A stretch of DNA of 64,000 nt, taken from the NCBI GenBank assembly GCA_964641245.1, contig CAZXML010000001.1, positions 229,460 to 293,459 on the forward strand, in the 5' to 3' direction. The notes beneath the pieces are model-generated. The model saw only the letters and a list, made by a program, of their open reading frames with translations, ran no database searches and was not told the origin of the DNA. This DNA comes from an uncultured Gammaproteobacteria bacterium (GTDB lineage: Bacteria > Patescibacteriota > Patescibacteriia > Magasanikbacterales > GWA2-37-8). Shown here piece by piece: positions 39,513 through 49,968 of the stretch. A program made the translations under genes and the position numbers. Position 1 is the stretch's first letter. Every line of letters begins with the position of its first letter.

Positions 39513-40511
39513 CTATTCTTTTTTTAACTGTTTAATATAATCCGAAATATCATTTACACCCTTACTCTCCAACCACAACCACCATTCCGCCCCCCAAAGA
39601 TACGCCCTGGGCATGCCGGTTCGCGCGGCAAATTCAACATTGCTTTTTAATCTGGCCAAGTTCATTGATTTATATTGTTCGGCGAGCGGTGTTTCGGCAA
39701 ACGGCGTATTTGGTATCCACGGTTCGGCCTGAAGTTCGGTAATAAACGCGCTGTTCGTGCCCCGACCATTAAGCCACAGCCTGGCGGTATATGCAAGCGG
39801 TGACAAAATCCAGTCATAAGTCCAATAACCGAATGTTTTATCCCAAACAACTCTGTATAAAGTAGCGCCAAACAAATCTGCCGACTTAGCCGAACGAAAC
39901 CACATACTCAATTCTCCGCTGTCGGTAACCATGGTTTGGTGCGATGAGTCAAGTTGTTTTACCAATTCCACTTCTTCTTTTAGTTCCTGTTTGGCAATCG
40001 GTCCGCAACCTCCAAAACTCAAAAATGGTTCGTTTTCCACCTGCCAAATTTCCAGCGCCGGATTATTTTTATAACGTTCCACTGTAATTTTGATAAAACT
40101 TAACACGTCGGGCTGATGACTGCCATGGCTGGAAGCGTCTACCCAGTTGGGATAATGACATTCAGGCCAGCGCGGAGTTTTGTGTCCAACTGCCAAAACT
40201 ACTTTGGCGTTTCTTTTACCCGCCTCGTTCATCATCCAGTCCAAATCATTCCAATCGTATTGGCCTTTTGTTTTTTCTATTAAATCCCACTGCGCGGATA
40301 ACCGGATATATTTAAACTGCCAGTTATCTAAAATTTTTATATATGAATCCCGCGGGTTAAGGCCCAAAAAAGATGCGTATTCCGTGTTAAAACTAACGCC
40401 GTAAATCATTTTATTATTTTTGAAGCCGGAAAATTTTATAAGATAAATCCAAGCCGCCGCAATTACGGCTATCGCAAAAATTATCCACATAGTTTTTTTT
40501 GTTTTAAACAT
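39513..40511 (-). CDS. Membrane-anchored clan-A glycoside hydrolase (GH5/GH42-like)
   Basis: IRLSAQWD, WQVENEPF (acid/base), TELQAEPW (nucleophile). Confidence 0.8.
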   Translation of the reverse strand: MFKTKKTMWIIFAIAVIAAAWIYLIKFSGFKNNKMIYGVSFNTEYASFLGLNPRDSYIKILDNWQFKYIRLSAQWDLIEKTKGQYDWNDLDWMMNEAGKRNAKVVLAVGHKTPRWPECHYPNWVDASSHGSHQPDVLSFIKITVERYKNNPALEIWQVENEPFLSFGGCGPIAKQELKEEVELVKQLDSSHQTMVTDSGELSMWFRSAKSADLFGATLYRVVWDKTFGYWTYDWILSPLAYTARLWLNGRGTNSAFITELQAEPWIPNTPFAETPLAEQYKSMNLARLKSNVEFAARTGMPRAYLWGAEWWLWLESKGVNDISDYIKQLKKE

Positions 40512-40512
40512 G

Positions 40513-41445
40513 CTACTTAAATAATAATAAAAACAAACCAACACTGATGATAAATACAGCTATCGCTTTTTGAATTATTTCTTTTTTGGTAAATGATTCT
40601 TTTATTATTTTGGGGAAGAATTTTGACATAAGAGCCACAACCACGATAAGTATGGCGTATTGCACTCCGGCGAGCGCGTTTACCAGCGAAACACTGCCAA
40701 TGGCCATGGCGTATTGCAATAAAACTGACCCCATTACTCCAAACGCGAGATCCACGGCAATCAAAACAAGACGTTTTTTACTTGCCGCTTTCTCGGTTAT
40801 TGTTTGTTCTTTTTTACTAAAAATTGCGCGGATGGACGGATTTATAATTAAGGCTAAACCAAAAATACCGATTGGCAATTTGGTCAAAACAAAACCATTA
40901 TAAAAACCATACGCGTCGTAAGCATATTTTGCGGCCACATGCGAAACGGCAAAAAATAATCCGGCCACTACCCCCCACTCCAGACCGCGACGCCAACCCC
41001 GAAGGGGCCCCTTTGAGGCCAGCTGTTGCGCGCTTTGATCAAACGAAATTACTAGTGAGCCGATGATTAAAATAGTAGCCGCTAACAGGTGGTAAGGGGT
41101 TAAATTTTCTCCCAAAAAAATCCGGCTAAAAAATAAAATAAAAAAAGGCGCGGCCGCCCCAATGAGCGGTCCGATGTGGCTAATTTCGCTTTTCTGAATA
41201 CCAATATACATTGTCCACAAACCAAGGACGAAGCAGAAGCCCGATACGGCAAAAATTAAATAGTCTGTCTGGACAGCGGGCATTTTTATCCCAAATGGCA
41301 GGAGTAGAAAAAACGGCAGAACAATAATTGAGGAATAAAAAACAAAGATAATCGGTTTAACAACAGATTTGCTTAAAATGTATTTATCCATGACGCCCAC
41401 AATCGCCAGTAGCGCGTTTCCGATTAAAGCCACGAGAAGCCACAT
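40513..41445 (-). CDS. EamA/DMT-family transporter
   Basis: About 10 TMs in two repeats; FLGENL. Confidence 0.85.
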   Translation of the reverse strand: MWLLVALIGNALLAIVGVMDKYILSKSVVKPIIFVFYSSIIVLPFFLLLPFGIKMPAVQTDYLIFAVSGFCFVLGLWTMYIGIQKSEISHIGPLIGAAAPFFILFFSRIFLGENLTPYHLLAATILIIGSLVISFDQSAQQLASKGPLRGWRRGLEWGVVAGLFFAVSHVAAKYAYDAYGFYNGFVLTKLPIGIFGLALIINPSIRAIFSKKEQTITEKAASKKRLVLIAVDLAFGVMGSVLLQYAMAIGSVSLVNALAGVQYAILIVVVALMSKFFPKIIKESFTKKEIIQKAIAVFIISVGLFLLLFK

Positions 41446-41598
41446 AATAATAAAAATAAAAAACTAATGATTAAGAAATTGATGACTAGGAAATTAATTT
41501 CTTTATTTCATAATTTCCCAATAATTTTATTGGTTATATTTTACCATTAAAAACAGTCCGGGACAAATATCTGACCTTCAAAAACGACCGTTTACCCC

Positions 41599-41627
41599 TT
41601 GACAAAACCGCTAAAATATGCTATAGT
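41599..41627 (+). promoter_or_regulatory. Sigma70 promoter for the GT4 gene
   Basis: TTGACA-17-TATAGT with TG extension. Confidence 0.65.
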
Positions 41628-41740
41628 ATGCGGTTCTATTTGTAAATCAAAATAGAGCAAATTTATATAGGCTACGCATATATTCTCATTCGCTCGGACA
41701 TAGTTTGGCAAGCCAACTATGCCACTCACTCATTTCAAAT

Positions 41741-42901
41741 ATGAAAATATTCATGATTGGACAAAAAGGCATCCCAGCCATCTACGGGGGCATAGAACGC
41801 CACGTGGAGGAGCTGTCGGTAGAATTGGCTAAACAGAGCCATGATGTTGTGGTATATGCCCGTGAGTGGTATACGCCAAAAAACATCGCTACCTACCACG
41901 GCGTGCGGATTGTGCACACGCCTACTTTGCGTACCAAACATTTTGACGCTATTTTTCACACCTTTACTTCTACTATCCACGCGCTTTTTCAAAAGGCGGA
42001 CGTGATTCATTATCATGGTGTTGGACCGGCATTACTCTCTTGGATTCCGAGAATTTTTTCTCCTAAAACTAAAGTGGTAGTAACCATGCATTGTTTGGAC
42101 CGCTATCACCAGAAATGGGGATTTTTGGCTCGATTCATGTTGCGTATGGGTGAATGGATGGGTTGTGTTTTTGCTCATCAGGCTATTTCGGTGTCAAAAA
42201 CAATTCAAAATTATTGTTTAAATGAATACCAAAAATCAACCGCTTATATTCCTAACGGCGTTGTGCCGGCTGAGCCGCAAAATTGTTCGCTGATTGATCA
42301 GTGGGATATTGCGCCGGGAAAATATTTACTGATGGTTTCCCGTTTGGTGAAACACAAAGGCGCCCACTATTTGTTGGAAGCGTGGCAGTTTGCGCGTCAG
42401 CAAAATCCGGAATTACTGAAGGATTATAAGTTGGTGATTGTCGGCGACGCCGCTTTTACCGATGATTACGTGGCCCAGTTGCGCCACATTGCCCGCGGTG
42501 ATAACAGCATTATCTTTACCGGCTGGCAAAAAGGCCGGGCTTTGGATGAGTTGTATGCCAACTCCACTATGTTGGTGCACCCTTCCGAAAATGAAGGTTT
42601 GCCGATTACTGTTTTGCAGGCCATGAGTCACGCGCGACCGGTATTGGTTTCGGATATTTCCGAACACAAAGAAGTTATCAGCGATGAACGTTTTTGGTTT
42701 AGCAACACCAACATTATTTCCTTGGCGCAAAAAATTACCGAACTGATGCAAAATCCGGAATTGCTGAAAGAAAAAGGAATAAAAAATAAAGCGCTGGTAG
42801 AAAAGAATTACAATTGGAAAGACATCACCAAACAAACCATCGCGCTTTACACTTCTCCCAAAACCAAAGCCCTCAAAAAATTAACGACTTTAGAGGCATA
42901 A
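41741..42901 (+). CDS. Glycosyltransferase family 4
   Basis: MKIFMIGQKGIPAIYGGIERHV, EGLPITVLQAM. Confidence 0.92.
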   Translation: MKIFMIGQKGIPAIYGGIERHVEELSVELAKQSHDVVVYAREWYTPKNIATYHGVRIVHTPTLRTKHFDAIFHTFTSTIHALFQKADVIHYHGVGPALLSWIPRIFSPKTKVVVTMHCLDRYHQKWGFLARFMLRMGEWMGCVFAHQAISVSKTIQNYCLNEYQKSTAYIPNGVVPAEPQNCSLIDQWDIAPGKYLLMVSRLVKHKGAHYLLEAWQFARQQNPELLKDYKLVIVGDAAFTDDYVAQLRHIARGDNSIIFTGWQKGRALDELYANSTMLVHPSENEGLPITVLQAMSHARPVLVSDISEHKEVISDERFWFSNTNIISLAQKITELMQNPELLKEKGIKNKALVEKNYNWKDITKQTIALYTSPKTKALKKLTTLEA

Positions 42902-42928
42902 AAAATCCCGACTTAATCGGGATTTTTT
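42901..42928. terminator. Bidirectional terminator between convergent GT4 genes
   Basis: AAAAATCCCGA-CTTAA-TCGGGATTTTTT. Confidence 0.75.
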
Positions 42929-44147
42929 AATTGTTTTTTACCTCCGCGTAAACCGCCTCCAGCCTGTCAAAGTAATCTTCCGGACGGTGGTTTTGTTCTA
43001 GGGTTTTAACCGCGTTGGCGGAAATAACGGCGGCTTCTTCGTCTGATGTGTCCATGGCGCGTTTAATGACGCGGGCCAAATCGGACGGATCTTCCGGCTT
43101 GCACAAAAATCCGCTGATGCCGTCTTTTATCAGTTCGGGATTGCCGCCGCGGTCTACAGAGACGACGATACGGCCGTAGCTGAAGGCTTCCAAAATTCCC
43201 ATGGAACAATTTTCATAAAATAATGAGGGGACAACAATTACTTTGGCCTCCAACATTGTTTTCTGCCACGAATCTCCGCCCACCCAGCCCACCCGTTCTA
43301 CGTTGGAAAGAATATTTTTGCGCGCAAATTCCGCCACCCATTCATCTTCCGGGCCGTTGCCGGCGATTAAAACTTTATAATCGCGCAGTTCTTTGGCGGC
43401 TTCCATTAAAATTTTAATTCCTTTTTCGTAATGAATGCGCCCGAGATAAACTATTTTGTTGCCCAGCGGAGGAATAACGACTTGCGGTTTAAACGGGTTA
43501 GGAACGACCCGCATTTTTTCTTCCGGAAATCCGAACTCAACCATTTTATCGGCCATAAATTGGCTGGGGCAAATATACAAATCTATATGTTTCCAGATTT
43601 TTTTAAACTGATAATAATAAGTTTCCAAAGTGCCGACAATGCTGGGCAAAAGTTTTCTGTTTATACAGCGGTAGCGGATGCAATTGTATGGTTTATTTTT
43701 ATAACAATTTTCGCAAAGAGTTTCGCCTTTAAGCAGACTATGATTGGGGCAGAGAGGAAAAACATCGTGCACGGTTAATACGGTGGGGATTTTTAATTCG
43801 TAAAGTTTGGTAAAAGTGCTGGCGGATAAATGATGATAAACATTGTGCAGATGGGCCACTTCGGGTTCCACGGCCATTACCAGCGCGCCCAATTTTTGTT
43901 CTATTTCCTGCGAATGGAATAAACGCTTAAAAATTTTCCAAGCCGTGGCCGGATCCTGCTTCCGCAAAAGTTCCGGCAGACCGGATGCAAAGTACGCCGA
44001 ATAATCCGACGGCAAATTGCTGGGATGAACCATGGAAAATTCGCTGACCTCGTGCCCGCGTTCACGAAGACCGTTGACCGTTTGAAAAAAAACAGTCTCG
44101 GCTCCGCCACGGCGGTAGAAAAATTTGTTTACTTGTAGGATTCTCAT
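42927..44147 (-). CDS. Glycosyltransferase family 4
   Basis: NKFFYRRGGAE, HLHN, YENCSMGILEA. Confidence 0.92.
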   Translation of the reverse strand: MRILQVNKFFYRRGGAETVFFQTVNGLRERGHEVSEFSMVHPSNLPSDYSAYFASGLPELLRKQDPATAWKIFKRLFHSQEIEQKLGALVMAVEPEVAHLHNVYHHLSASTFTKLYELKIPTVLTVHDVFPLCPNHSLLKGETLCENCYKNKPYNCIRYRCINRKLLPSIVGTLETYYYQFKKIWKHIDLYICPSQFMADKMVEFGFPEEKMRVVPNPFKPQVVIPPLGNKIVYLGRIHYEKGIKILMEAAKELRDYKVLIAGNGPEDEWVAEFARKNILSNVERVGWVGGDSWQKTMLEAKVIVVPSLFYENCSMGILEAFSYGRIVVSVDRGGNPELIKDGISGFLCKPEDPSDLARVIKRAMDTSDEEAAVISANAVKTLEQNHRPEDYFDRLEAVYAEVKNN

Positions 44148-44148
44148 A

Positions 44149-44859
44149 TTATTTAACGGCTATGGCGATAAGATTCCGTCCGCCTTTTTTATCTGTCCAG
44201 TTTGTTCTCTCGCTGTAGTCAATTTTTTTTATTTTGAATCCGGCTTCTGTTAATAACCCGCTTAATTCTTCTTTGGGAAAATGATGATAATATCTTTCGG
44301 CTAATTGCTCGCCTTCAGGAGTTTTCCAGGGAACCAGAAAATCATTTTCTCCGATTTGCTTCCAACTTTTGTCTATTTTACTTTTTGCCCAATCGCTTTC
44401 CAGATTCCAAACCGTAATAATTAATTTTCCGGACGGTTTTAATTGTTTATAAACATCTTTTAATAATTCCAAACGGCTTTGTTTGTCCGGCAAATGATGA
44501 AACGAAGCAATCATGAAAACCAGATCAAAAAAATCTTTTGAGAAGCTCTTTTTTTTCTTGGCGGTGGAAAAAAATTTTATCCAACCTTCTTTTATTTCTT
44601 TTTGGTAATTTTTTTTCGCGATTTTTAATAATTCATCGCTTTGGTCCGTGCCAATATAATTCACCCGCTTCTCTTTTAACAATAAAACCAACCGGCCGTT
44701 TCCACAGCCCCAATCCAAAATATTCTGCCCGTTTTTTATAAACGGTTTAAACATTTCCAGCTCGCCGGCGTTATTTCTGGTGCTGTCAAAATACCTGGCT
44801 ATACGGTTGTAATCTTCGCGGGTTTTGTGTATAATCTTAGTTGTATCTTTTCTTAACAT
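44149..44859 (-). CDS. Trm9/ALKBH8-like class I SAM methyltransferase
   Basis: YNRIARYFDSTR, LDWGCGNGR, IASFHHL...R, LKPSG...ITVW, DFLVPW, RYYHHF...EL: the motif order I recall for yeast Trm9 and the ALKBH8 MTase. Confidence 0.8.
   Translation of the reverse strand: MLRKDTTKIIHKTREDYNRIARYFDSTRNNAGELEMFKPFIKNGQNILDWGCGNGRLVLLLKEKRVNYIGTDQSDELLKIAKKNYQKEIKEGWIKFFSTAKKKKSFSKDFFDLVFMIASFHHLPDKQSRLELLKDVYKQLKPSGKLIITVWNLESDWAKSKIDKSWKQIGENDFLVPWKTPEGEQLAERYYHHFPKEELSGLLTEAGFKIKKIDYSERTNWTDKKGGRNLIAIAVK
44807..44835 (+). promoter_or_regulatory. Probable elp3 promoter inside the methyltransferase CDS
   Basis: TTGTAA-17 bp-TATAAT with TGTG extension. Confidence 0.5.
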
Positions 44860-44861
44860 GT

Positions 44862-46628
44862 ATGTCTGTTACAGAGGAAATGATTAAATATCTGCTGGCC
44901 AATCCCCCCAAAACGGAGGATGCTTTTGGCGTGGTTTTAAGAAAAATTTTGCGTCAGACCAAAAACGCGCAGGCCAACATTCCCACCAAATCGTCGCTGA
45001 TTAAATCATATCATAAATTGTTAAAACAGCACAAGATTAAAAAGAGTCCGGCGCTGGAAAAAACCTTAATGAAGCGGGCGGTGCGCACTTTGTCCGGCGT
45101 CAGCATTATTACCGTGCTCACCAAACCATTCCCCTGTCCCGGAAAGTGCATTTATTGCCCCACCGAAGCGCGCATGCCTAAAAGTTACATTTCCGATGAA
45201 CCGGCCGCGGCGCGCGCCTTAAGTTTGGCGTTTGATCCTTACCAACAGGTTGTTCAACGCTTTAAGGCTTTAGAAAATAACGGCCACCCCACCGATAAAG
45301 TGGAGTTGATTATTAAGGGTGGAACATGGAATTCGTATCCGATTAAATACCAATACTGGTTTGTTGCCAGATGTTTTGAAGCGTGCAATAATGTAAAATT
45401 TAATGCAGCCAAGCCAAGGGGCGCGCGTTCGGCAGTAGACGAGAAATTTTCTTTGGATAAATTGCGCCAATTGAGTTTCAAAATTCAAAAAGCAAATGAA
45501 AACGGCAAACACCGCCTGATTGGTTTAACCATAGAAACCCGCCCCGATTTTATAAACGCCGGCACTATCGCGGCTATGCGGGAAATGGGTACCACCAGAA
45601 TAGAACTAGGCGTACAAAATACCAATGAAAAAATATTAAAATTAACAAAACGCGGCCATGGCACGGCCGAAGTAAAACGCGCCACCAAAATGCTAAAAGA
45701 TTACGGTTTTAAAGTTGACTACCATTTAATGCCCCAATTGCCCGGAGCGACTCCGGCGACGGATTTAAAAATGATGTTAAAAGTTTTTGACGACCCGGAT
45801 TACCGTCCGGATATGATTAAGGTGTATCCGTGCACGGTGGTGAAAACTTCCGAACTTTACGACTGGCTAAAACGGGGTGAATACAAAACGTATTCAGACC
45901 GCCATTTGATAAACATGCTGAAAAAATTTAAAGTAAAAGTTCCGCGCTACGTGCGCATTTCCCGGTTAATCCGCGATATTCCCGGTCATCATATTCAAGC
46001 CGGAAATAAAATGACAAACTTGCGCCAGGTAATCCAGGAGGAGTTAAAAAAAGAAGGATTAAAATGCAGTTGTCTGCGCTGTCGCGAGGTCGGACATCAA
46101 CACATCGAGTCAAATGTCAAAAGTCAAAAGTCAAAAGTCAAAATGTTTGTAGACAAATACGAAGCCAACGGCGGGACGGAATATTTCTTAAGTTTCGAAG
46201 ATACCAAACGCGACGTTGTTTACGCGTTTTGCCGATTGCGTGTTCTCAAGCCTGTCATCCTGAGCAAAGCGAAGGATCTCTCTCTTTCAAACAAAAGGGA
46301 TTCTTCGGTCACTTCACTCCCTCAGAATGACAACCACAACCTCCCCAACGAAGGAATTAGCGCGGCCGAATTAGTCAAAATGGGCTACCCCGCTTTTATC
46401 CGCGAACTCCATACTTACGGCCAACTTATAAACATTGGGAAAAAAGCCAAAGGGGCTAGCCAGCATATTGGCATGGGCACAAAATTAATTGTTGAAGCGG
46501 AAAAAATCTGTAGAAAAAACAAGGCCTACAAATTAGCCGTAATTTCCGGAGTGGGTGTACGCGAATATTACAAAAAATTTGGCTACAAACTGGAAAACAC
46601 CTATATGGTAAAGACTTTGAAAAAGTAG
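44862..46628 (+). CDS. elp3: Elp3 tRNA U34 acetyltransferase (radical SAM plus KAT)
   Basis: CPGKCIYCP, PKSY, GGTW, IETRPD, ELGVQ, HLMP, RLIRDIP, RCREVG, RELHTYG, QHIGMG, VISGVGVREYY. Confidence 0.93.
   Translation: MSVTEEMIKYLLANPPKTEDAFGVVLRKILRQTKNAQANIPTKSSLIKSYHKLLKQHKIKKSPALEKTLMKRAVRTLSGVSIITVLTKPFPCPGKCIYCPTEARMPKSYISDEPAAARALSLAFDPYQQVVQRFKALENNGHPTDKVELIIKGGTWNSYPIKYQYWFVARCFEACNNVKFNAAKPRGARSAVDEKFSLDKLRQLSFKIQKANENGKHRLIGLTIETRPDFINAGTIAAMREMGTTRIELGVQNTNEKILKLTKRGHGTAEVKRATKMLKDYGFKVDYHLMPQLPGATPATDLKMMLKVFDDPDYRPDMIKVYPCTVVKTSELYDWLKRGEYKTYSDRHLINMLKKFKVKVPRYVRISRLIRDIPGHHIQAGNKMTNLRQVIQEELKKEGLKCSCLRCREVGHQHIESNVKSQKSKVKMFVDKYEANGGTEYFLSFEDTKRDVVYAFCRLRVLKPVILSKAKDLSLSNKRDSSVTSLPQNDNHNLPNEGISAAELVKMGYPAFIRELHTYGQLINIGKKAKGASQHIGMGTKLIVEAEKICRKNKAYKLAVISGVGVREYYKKFGYKLENTYMVKTLKK
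46253..46332. repeat. Family-A element in frame in the Elp3 KAT domain
   Basis: TGTCATCCTGAGCAAAGCGAAGGATCTC...GATTCTTCGG...CAGAATGACA, encoding VILSKAKDLSLSNKRDSSVTSLPQND. Confidence 0.9.
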
Positions 46629-46643
46629 TAATATACCATTTAT

Positions 46644-47030
46644 ATGAAATTACCGATGAATTCAATTATCGCTTCCGGGCCTGTTATTATAGAAAACAAC
46701 AAGGTTTTACTTAACCGCGAACAAAAAGCAGATGGCATTACACCTTGGATGTTTCCCGGCGGAGAAGTGGAAGATTTTGATAAGAGCTTGGAAGATGCTT
46801 GCCGACGTGAAGTTATGGAAGAAATGGGAGTTGAAATAGAAATAATAAAACCGCTTAAACCGATAATGCTGAATCAAAACGGAAGAGTTATTATTTTAAT
46901 TCATTATCTGGCAAAACGAATTGGAGAAATAAAACCAGGCGAAGATATTACAGATTGGGCTTGGCATGATATAAATAATTTACCTGATAATTGCGCACCA
47001 AACGTATATGGTATAATCAGCTCTCTATAA
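46644..47030 (+). CDS. NUDIX hydrolase
   Basis: PGGEVE....LEDACRREVMEEMG Nudix box. Confidence 0.9.
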   Translation: MKLPMNSIIASGPVIIENNKVLLNREQKADGITPWMFPGGEVEDFDKSLEDACRREVMEEMGVEIEIIKPLKPIMLNQNGRVIILIHYLAKRIGEIKPGEDITDWAWHDINNLPDNCAPNVYGIISSL

Positions 47031-47050
47031 TTTGAATCTCTACCCAATCG

Positions 47051-47145
47051 CTCTCTCCCCTTTTAGGGGAGAGACAGAGAGAGGGGTATCGCGGATGTCG
47101 AATTACAAATACCCCCACCCTGCCCTCCCCCTAAATGGGGGAGGA
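47051..47145. repeat. Family-B inverted hairpin pair
   Basis: CTCTCCCCTTTTAGGGGAGAG...TACCCCCACCCTGCCCTCCCCCTAAATGGGGGAGG. Confidence 0.85.
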
Positions 47146-47199
47146 ACGATACAAAACGACATGAATTGAATTATTTTATTCAAACTTATTATATTTTTT

Positions 47200-48447
47200 A
47201 TGCACACTCAAAATTTAAAAGACTTTGATAACAGTATCTACGAAAGTATAAAAAAAGAACAACAGCGCCAGGAGGAGGGGCTAGAAATGATTCCTTCCGA
47301 GAATTTTGTATCCCCTGCCGTACTGGAGGCTTTGGGTTCAATACTCACCAACAAATATTCCGAGGGCTATCCGGGAAAAAGATATTATGGCGGTTGTGAA
47401 TTTGTTGATGAAGTGGAGCAATTGGCCATAGACCGGGCGAAACAAATTTTTGGCGCCGAGCATGTAAATGTGCAACCGCTTTCCGGAGCGCCGGCCAACA
47501 TTGCCGTGTATTTTGCTTTGCTTAAACCTGGCGATACTGTATTGGGAATGGACTTGTCGCACGGAGGGCATCTTACCCACGGCCATCCGGTAACTTACAT
47601 GGCCAAAATATATAATTTTATCCGCTACAAAACCAACACCGAAGGCTTGATTGATTTGGATAATTTGCGTCAGATGGCTTTGGAGCACAAGCCAAAAATA
47701 ATTTTAGTCGGATATTCCGCGTATTCCAGAGAAATTGAATACGCCAAAATAAAAACCATTGCCGATGAAGTGGGCGCCATTACCATGGCCGACATTGCTC
47801 ATATTGCCGGGCTAATTGCCGGCGGAGAAATGGTTAATCCGGTGCCAATTTTTGATATTGTGACCACCACTACCCACAAAACCTTGCGCGGTCCGCGCGG
47901 GGGCATGATAATGTGCAAAGAAAAATTCGCCAAAGATATAGATAAAGCCGTGTTCCCCGGATTCCAAGGCGGACCTCACGAAAATAATATCGCGGCCAAA
48001 GCCGTGGCTTTTAAAGAAGCCATGGAACCGGAATTTAAAGAATATGTTAAACAGATAAAAAAGAATATAAAAATTTTGGAAGCCGAATTTAACCGGCTGG
48101 GCTATAAATTATGTTTTGGCGGTTCGGATAATCATTTGCTTCTTATAGATGTAACTCCCAAAGGCGTGTCTGGCAAACAAGCGCAAATTGCTTTAGACAA
48201 AGCCGGCATTACCGTAAACAAAAATATGATTCCCGATGACACCCGCTCGCCCATAGATCCGTCCGGCATTCGTTTGGGCACTCCGGCCATTACCACCCGG
48301 GGCATGAAAGAACCTGAAATGAAAATTATTGCCGGTTGGATTGACGAAGCGATTACCAATTGGCAAGACGACGCCAAACTGGCTGATATTAAAAAACAAG
48401 TAAGCGAAATGACAAAAAAGTTCCCACTATATTCGACGCTTAAATAA
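47200..48447 (+). CDS. glyA: Serine hydroxymethyltransferase
   Basis: [39 protein letters not shown]. Confidence 0.97.
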   Translation: MHTQNLKDFDNSIYESIKKEQQRQEEGLEMIPSENFVSPAVLEALGSILTNKYSEGYPGKRYYGGCEFVDEVEQLAIDRAKQIFGAEHVNVQPLSGAPANIAVYFALLKPGDTVLGMDLSHGGHLTHGHPVTYMAKIYNFIRYKTNTEGLIDLDNLRQMALEHKPKIILVGYSAYSREIEYAKIKTIADEVGAITMADIAHIAGLIAGGEMVNPVPIFDIVTTTTHKTLRGPRGGMIMCKEKFAKDIDKAVFPGFQGGPHENNIAAKAVAFKEAMEPEFKEYVKQIKKNIKILEAEFNRLGYKLCFGGSDNHLLLIDVTPKGVSGKQAQIALDKAGITVNKNMIPDDTRSPIDPSGIRLGTPAITTRGMKEPEMKIIAGWIDEAITNWQDDAKLADIKKQVSEMTKKFPLYSTLK

Positions 48448-48485
48448 AAAATAGCCCCGACACACCGTCGGGGCTATTTTTTTTA
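48447..48485. terminator. Bidirectional terminator between glyA and pyk
   Basis: AAAATAGCCCCGAC-loop-GTCGGGGCTATTTT. Confidence 0.8.
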
Positions 48486-48527
48486 ATTGACTTTATGAAC
48501 TTTACAAACTTTAAGAACTTTATAAAC

Positions 48528-49967
48528 TTATTTAATTTCCCGCACCACCACCAAATTAACATTACCTGCCTGCCCGACCGGCTCACCGGCAACCACCACC
48601 ATATTATCGCCATTTTTGGCGATTTTGTGTTTTTTTATATAGGAAATGGAGCGCTCTACCAGTTCTTCTATACTACTGCAAGGTTCCAGAATAAATGGAA
48701 TTATACCCCATGACATATTTAATTGTCTTTGCGTTCTTTGACTGCTGGTGCCGACCAAAATCGGCAACGGCGGACGCACATGGCTGATCATCCGGCCGGT
48801 TTCTCCGGAAATGGAGGCGGCTAAAATTATTTTTGCTTTTACTTCTTCGGCCAGAATGCGTGAGAGTTCGGTGATGGCGATATCTATAGATGTGCCTTTT
48901 TTATGAATTCCCGGCAAAGCGGTATCATCATAATGAGATTTTTCCGTGCTGATAATAATATCGGCCATAGTTTCTACCACCAGAATCGGATGTTTGCCTA
49001 CGGCAGTTTCGTTAGAAAGCATTAAAGTGTCGGCGTGATCTATGACCGCGTTAGCCACATCGCTAACCTCGGCGCGAGTGGGACGGCGATTTTCGCGCAT
49101 GGAGTCCAGCATTTGGGTAGCTACAATTACCGGTTTGGCGTGAGCATTGGCCATATCTATCATTTTTTTCTGTACCAAAGGCACTTCCGCGGCCGGCACT
49201 TCCATACCTAAATCTCCGCGGGCTACCATAATACCATCGGCAACTTCCAAAATTTCTTCCAGATTATCTACGGCCACCCTTCTTTCTATTTTAGCGATTA
49301 AACGGATAGGCTGTTGATTTTTAAAACCCAACTCTTCTTCATGCTGTTTAATCAAAAACCGCAAATCCATAATATCTTTTCCGGAACGGACAAAAGACAG
49401 CGCCACCAAGTCCACCCCCTGCTCCACGCCAAATTTTACATCTTTTTTGTCTTTATCGCTTAAAGTTTCTATGTTTAAATCGCTATCCGGCAAATTTAAT
49501 CCTTTATGAGAAAAAATTAATGTTCCTTCCACCACTGTGCCGGTTATTTTTGTGCCGGTTACATTTTTTACTTTTACTTCTATGTGTCCGTCGTCCACCA
49601 ATATTCTTTGGCCCGGTAAAATAAATTTATGCAAGTCGTGATAATCCAGCGGAATTTCCTTATCCTTATATTCTGTTATGGAAGTATCAAAAACTATTTC
49701 ATCTCCTACTTTTATCGGCACGCCGGCTTCGGGCATAGCGCCCACCCTAATCTTTGGCCCTTGCAAATCTTGCATAATGGCAATAGGCTCGCCGGTCATT
49801 TCTTCCGCTTTCCGGATATTAGAAATTAAAGCGGCATGGCTAGCGTAATCGCCGTGAGAAAAATTTAACCGGGCAATGTTCATGCCGGCTTTTACCATAT
49901 CGCTTAAAACTTTGACACTATCGCAAGACGGCCCGATGGTACAACAGATTTTGGTTTTTTTAAACAT
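48528..49967 (-). CDS. pyk: Pyruvate kinase
   Basis: KTKICCTIGP, RLNFSHG, IMVARGDLG, ATQML.SM, PTRAEVSDV. Confidence 0.97.
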   Translation of the reverse strand: MFKKTKICCTIGPSCDSVKVLSDMVKAGMNIARLNFSHGDYASHAALISNIRKAEEMTGEPIAIMQDLQGPKIRVGAMPEAGVPIKVGDEIVFDTSITEYKDKEIPLDYHDLHKFILPGQRILVDDGHIEVKVKNVTGTKITGTVVEGTLIFSHKGLNLPDSDLNIETLSDKDKKDVKFGVEQGVDLVALSFVRSGKDIMDLRFLIKQHEEELGFKNQQPIRLIAKIERRVAVDNLEEILEVADGIMVARGDLGMEVPAAEVPLVQKKMIDMANAHAKPVIVATQMLDSMRENRRPTRAEVSDVANAVIDHADTLMLSNETAVGKHPILVVETMADIIISTEKSHYDDTALPGIHKKGTSIDIAITELSRILAEEVKAKIILAASISGETGRMISHVRPPLPILVGTSSQRTQRQLNMSWGIIPFILEPCSSIEELVERSISYIKKHKIAKNGDNMVVVAGEPVGQAGNVNLVVVREIK

Positions 49968-49968
49968 A

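Noticed and set aside
40990-41022. GC hairpin (ASKGPLRG) in the EamA loop as another in-frame repeat
   Set aside because: It is short and I could not match it convincingly to an intergenic family.
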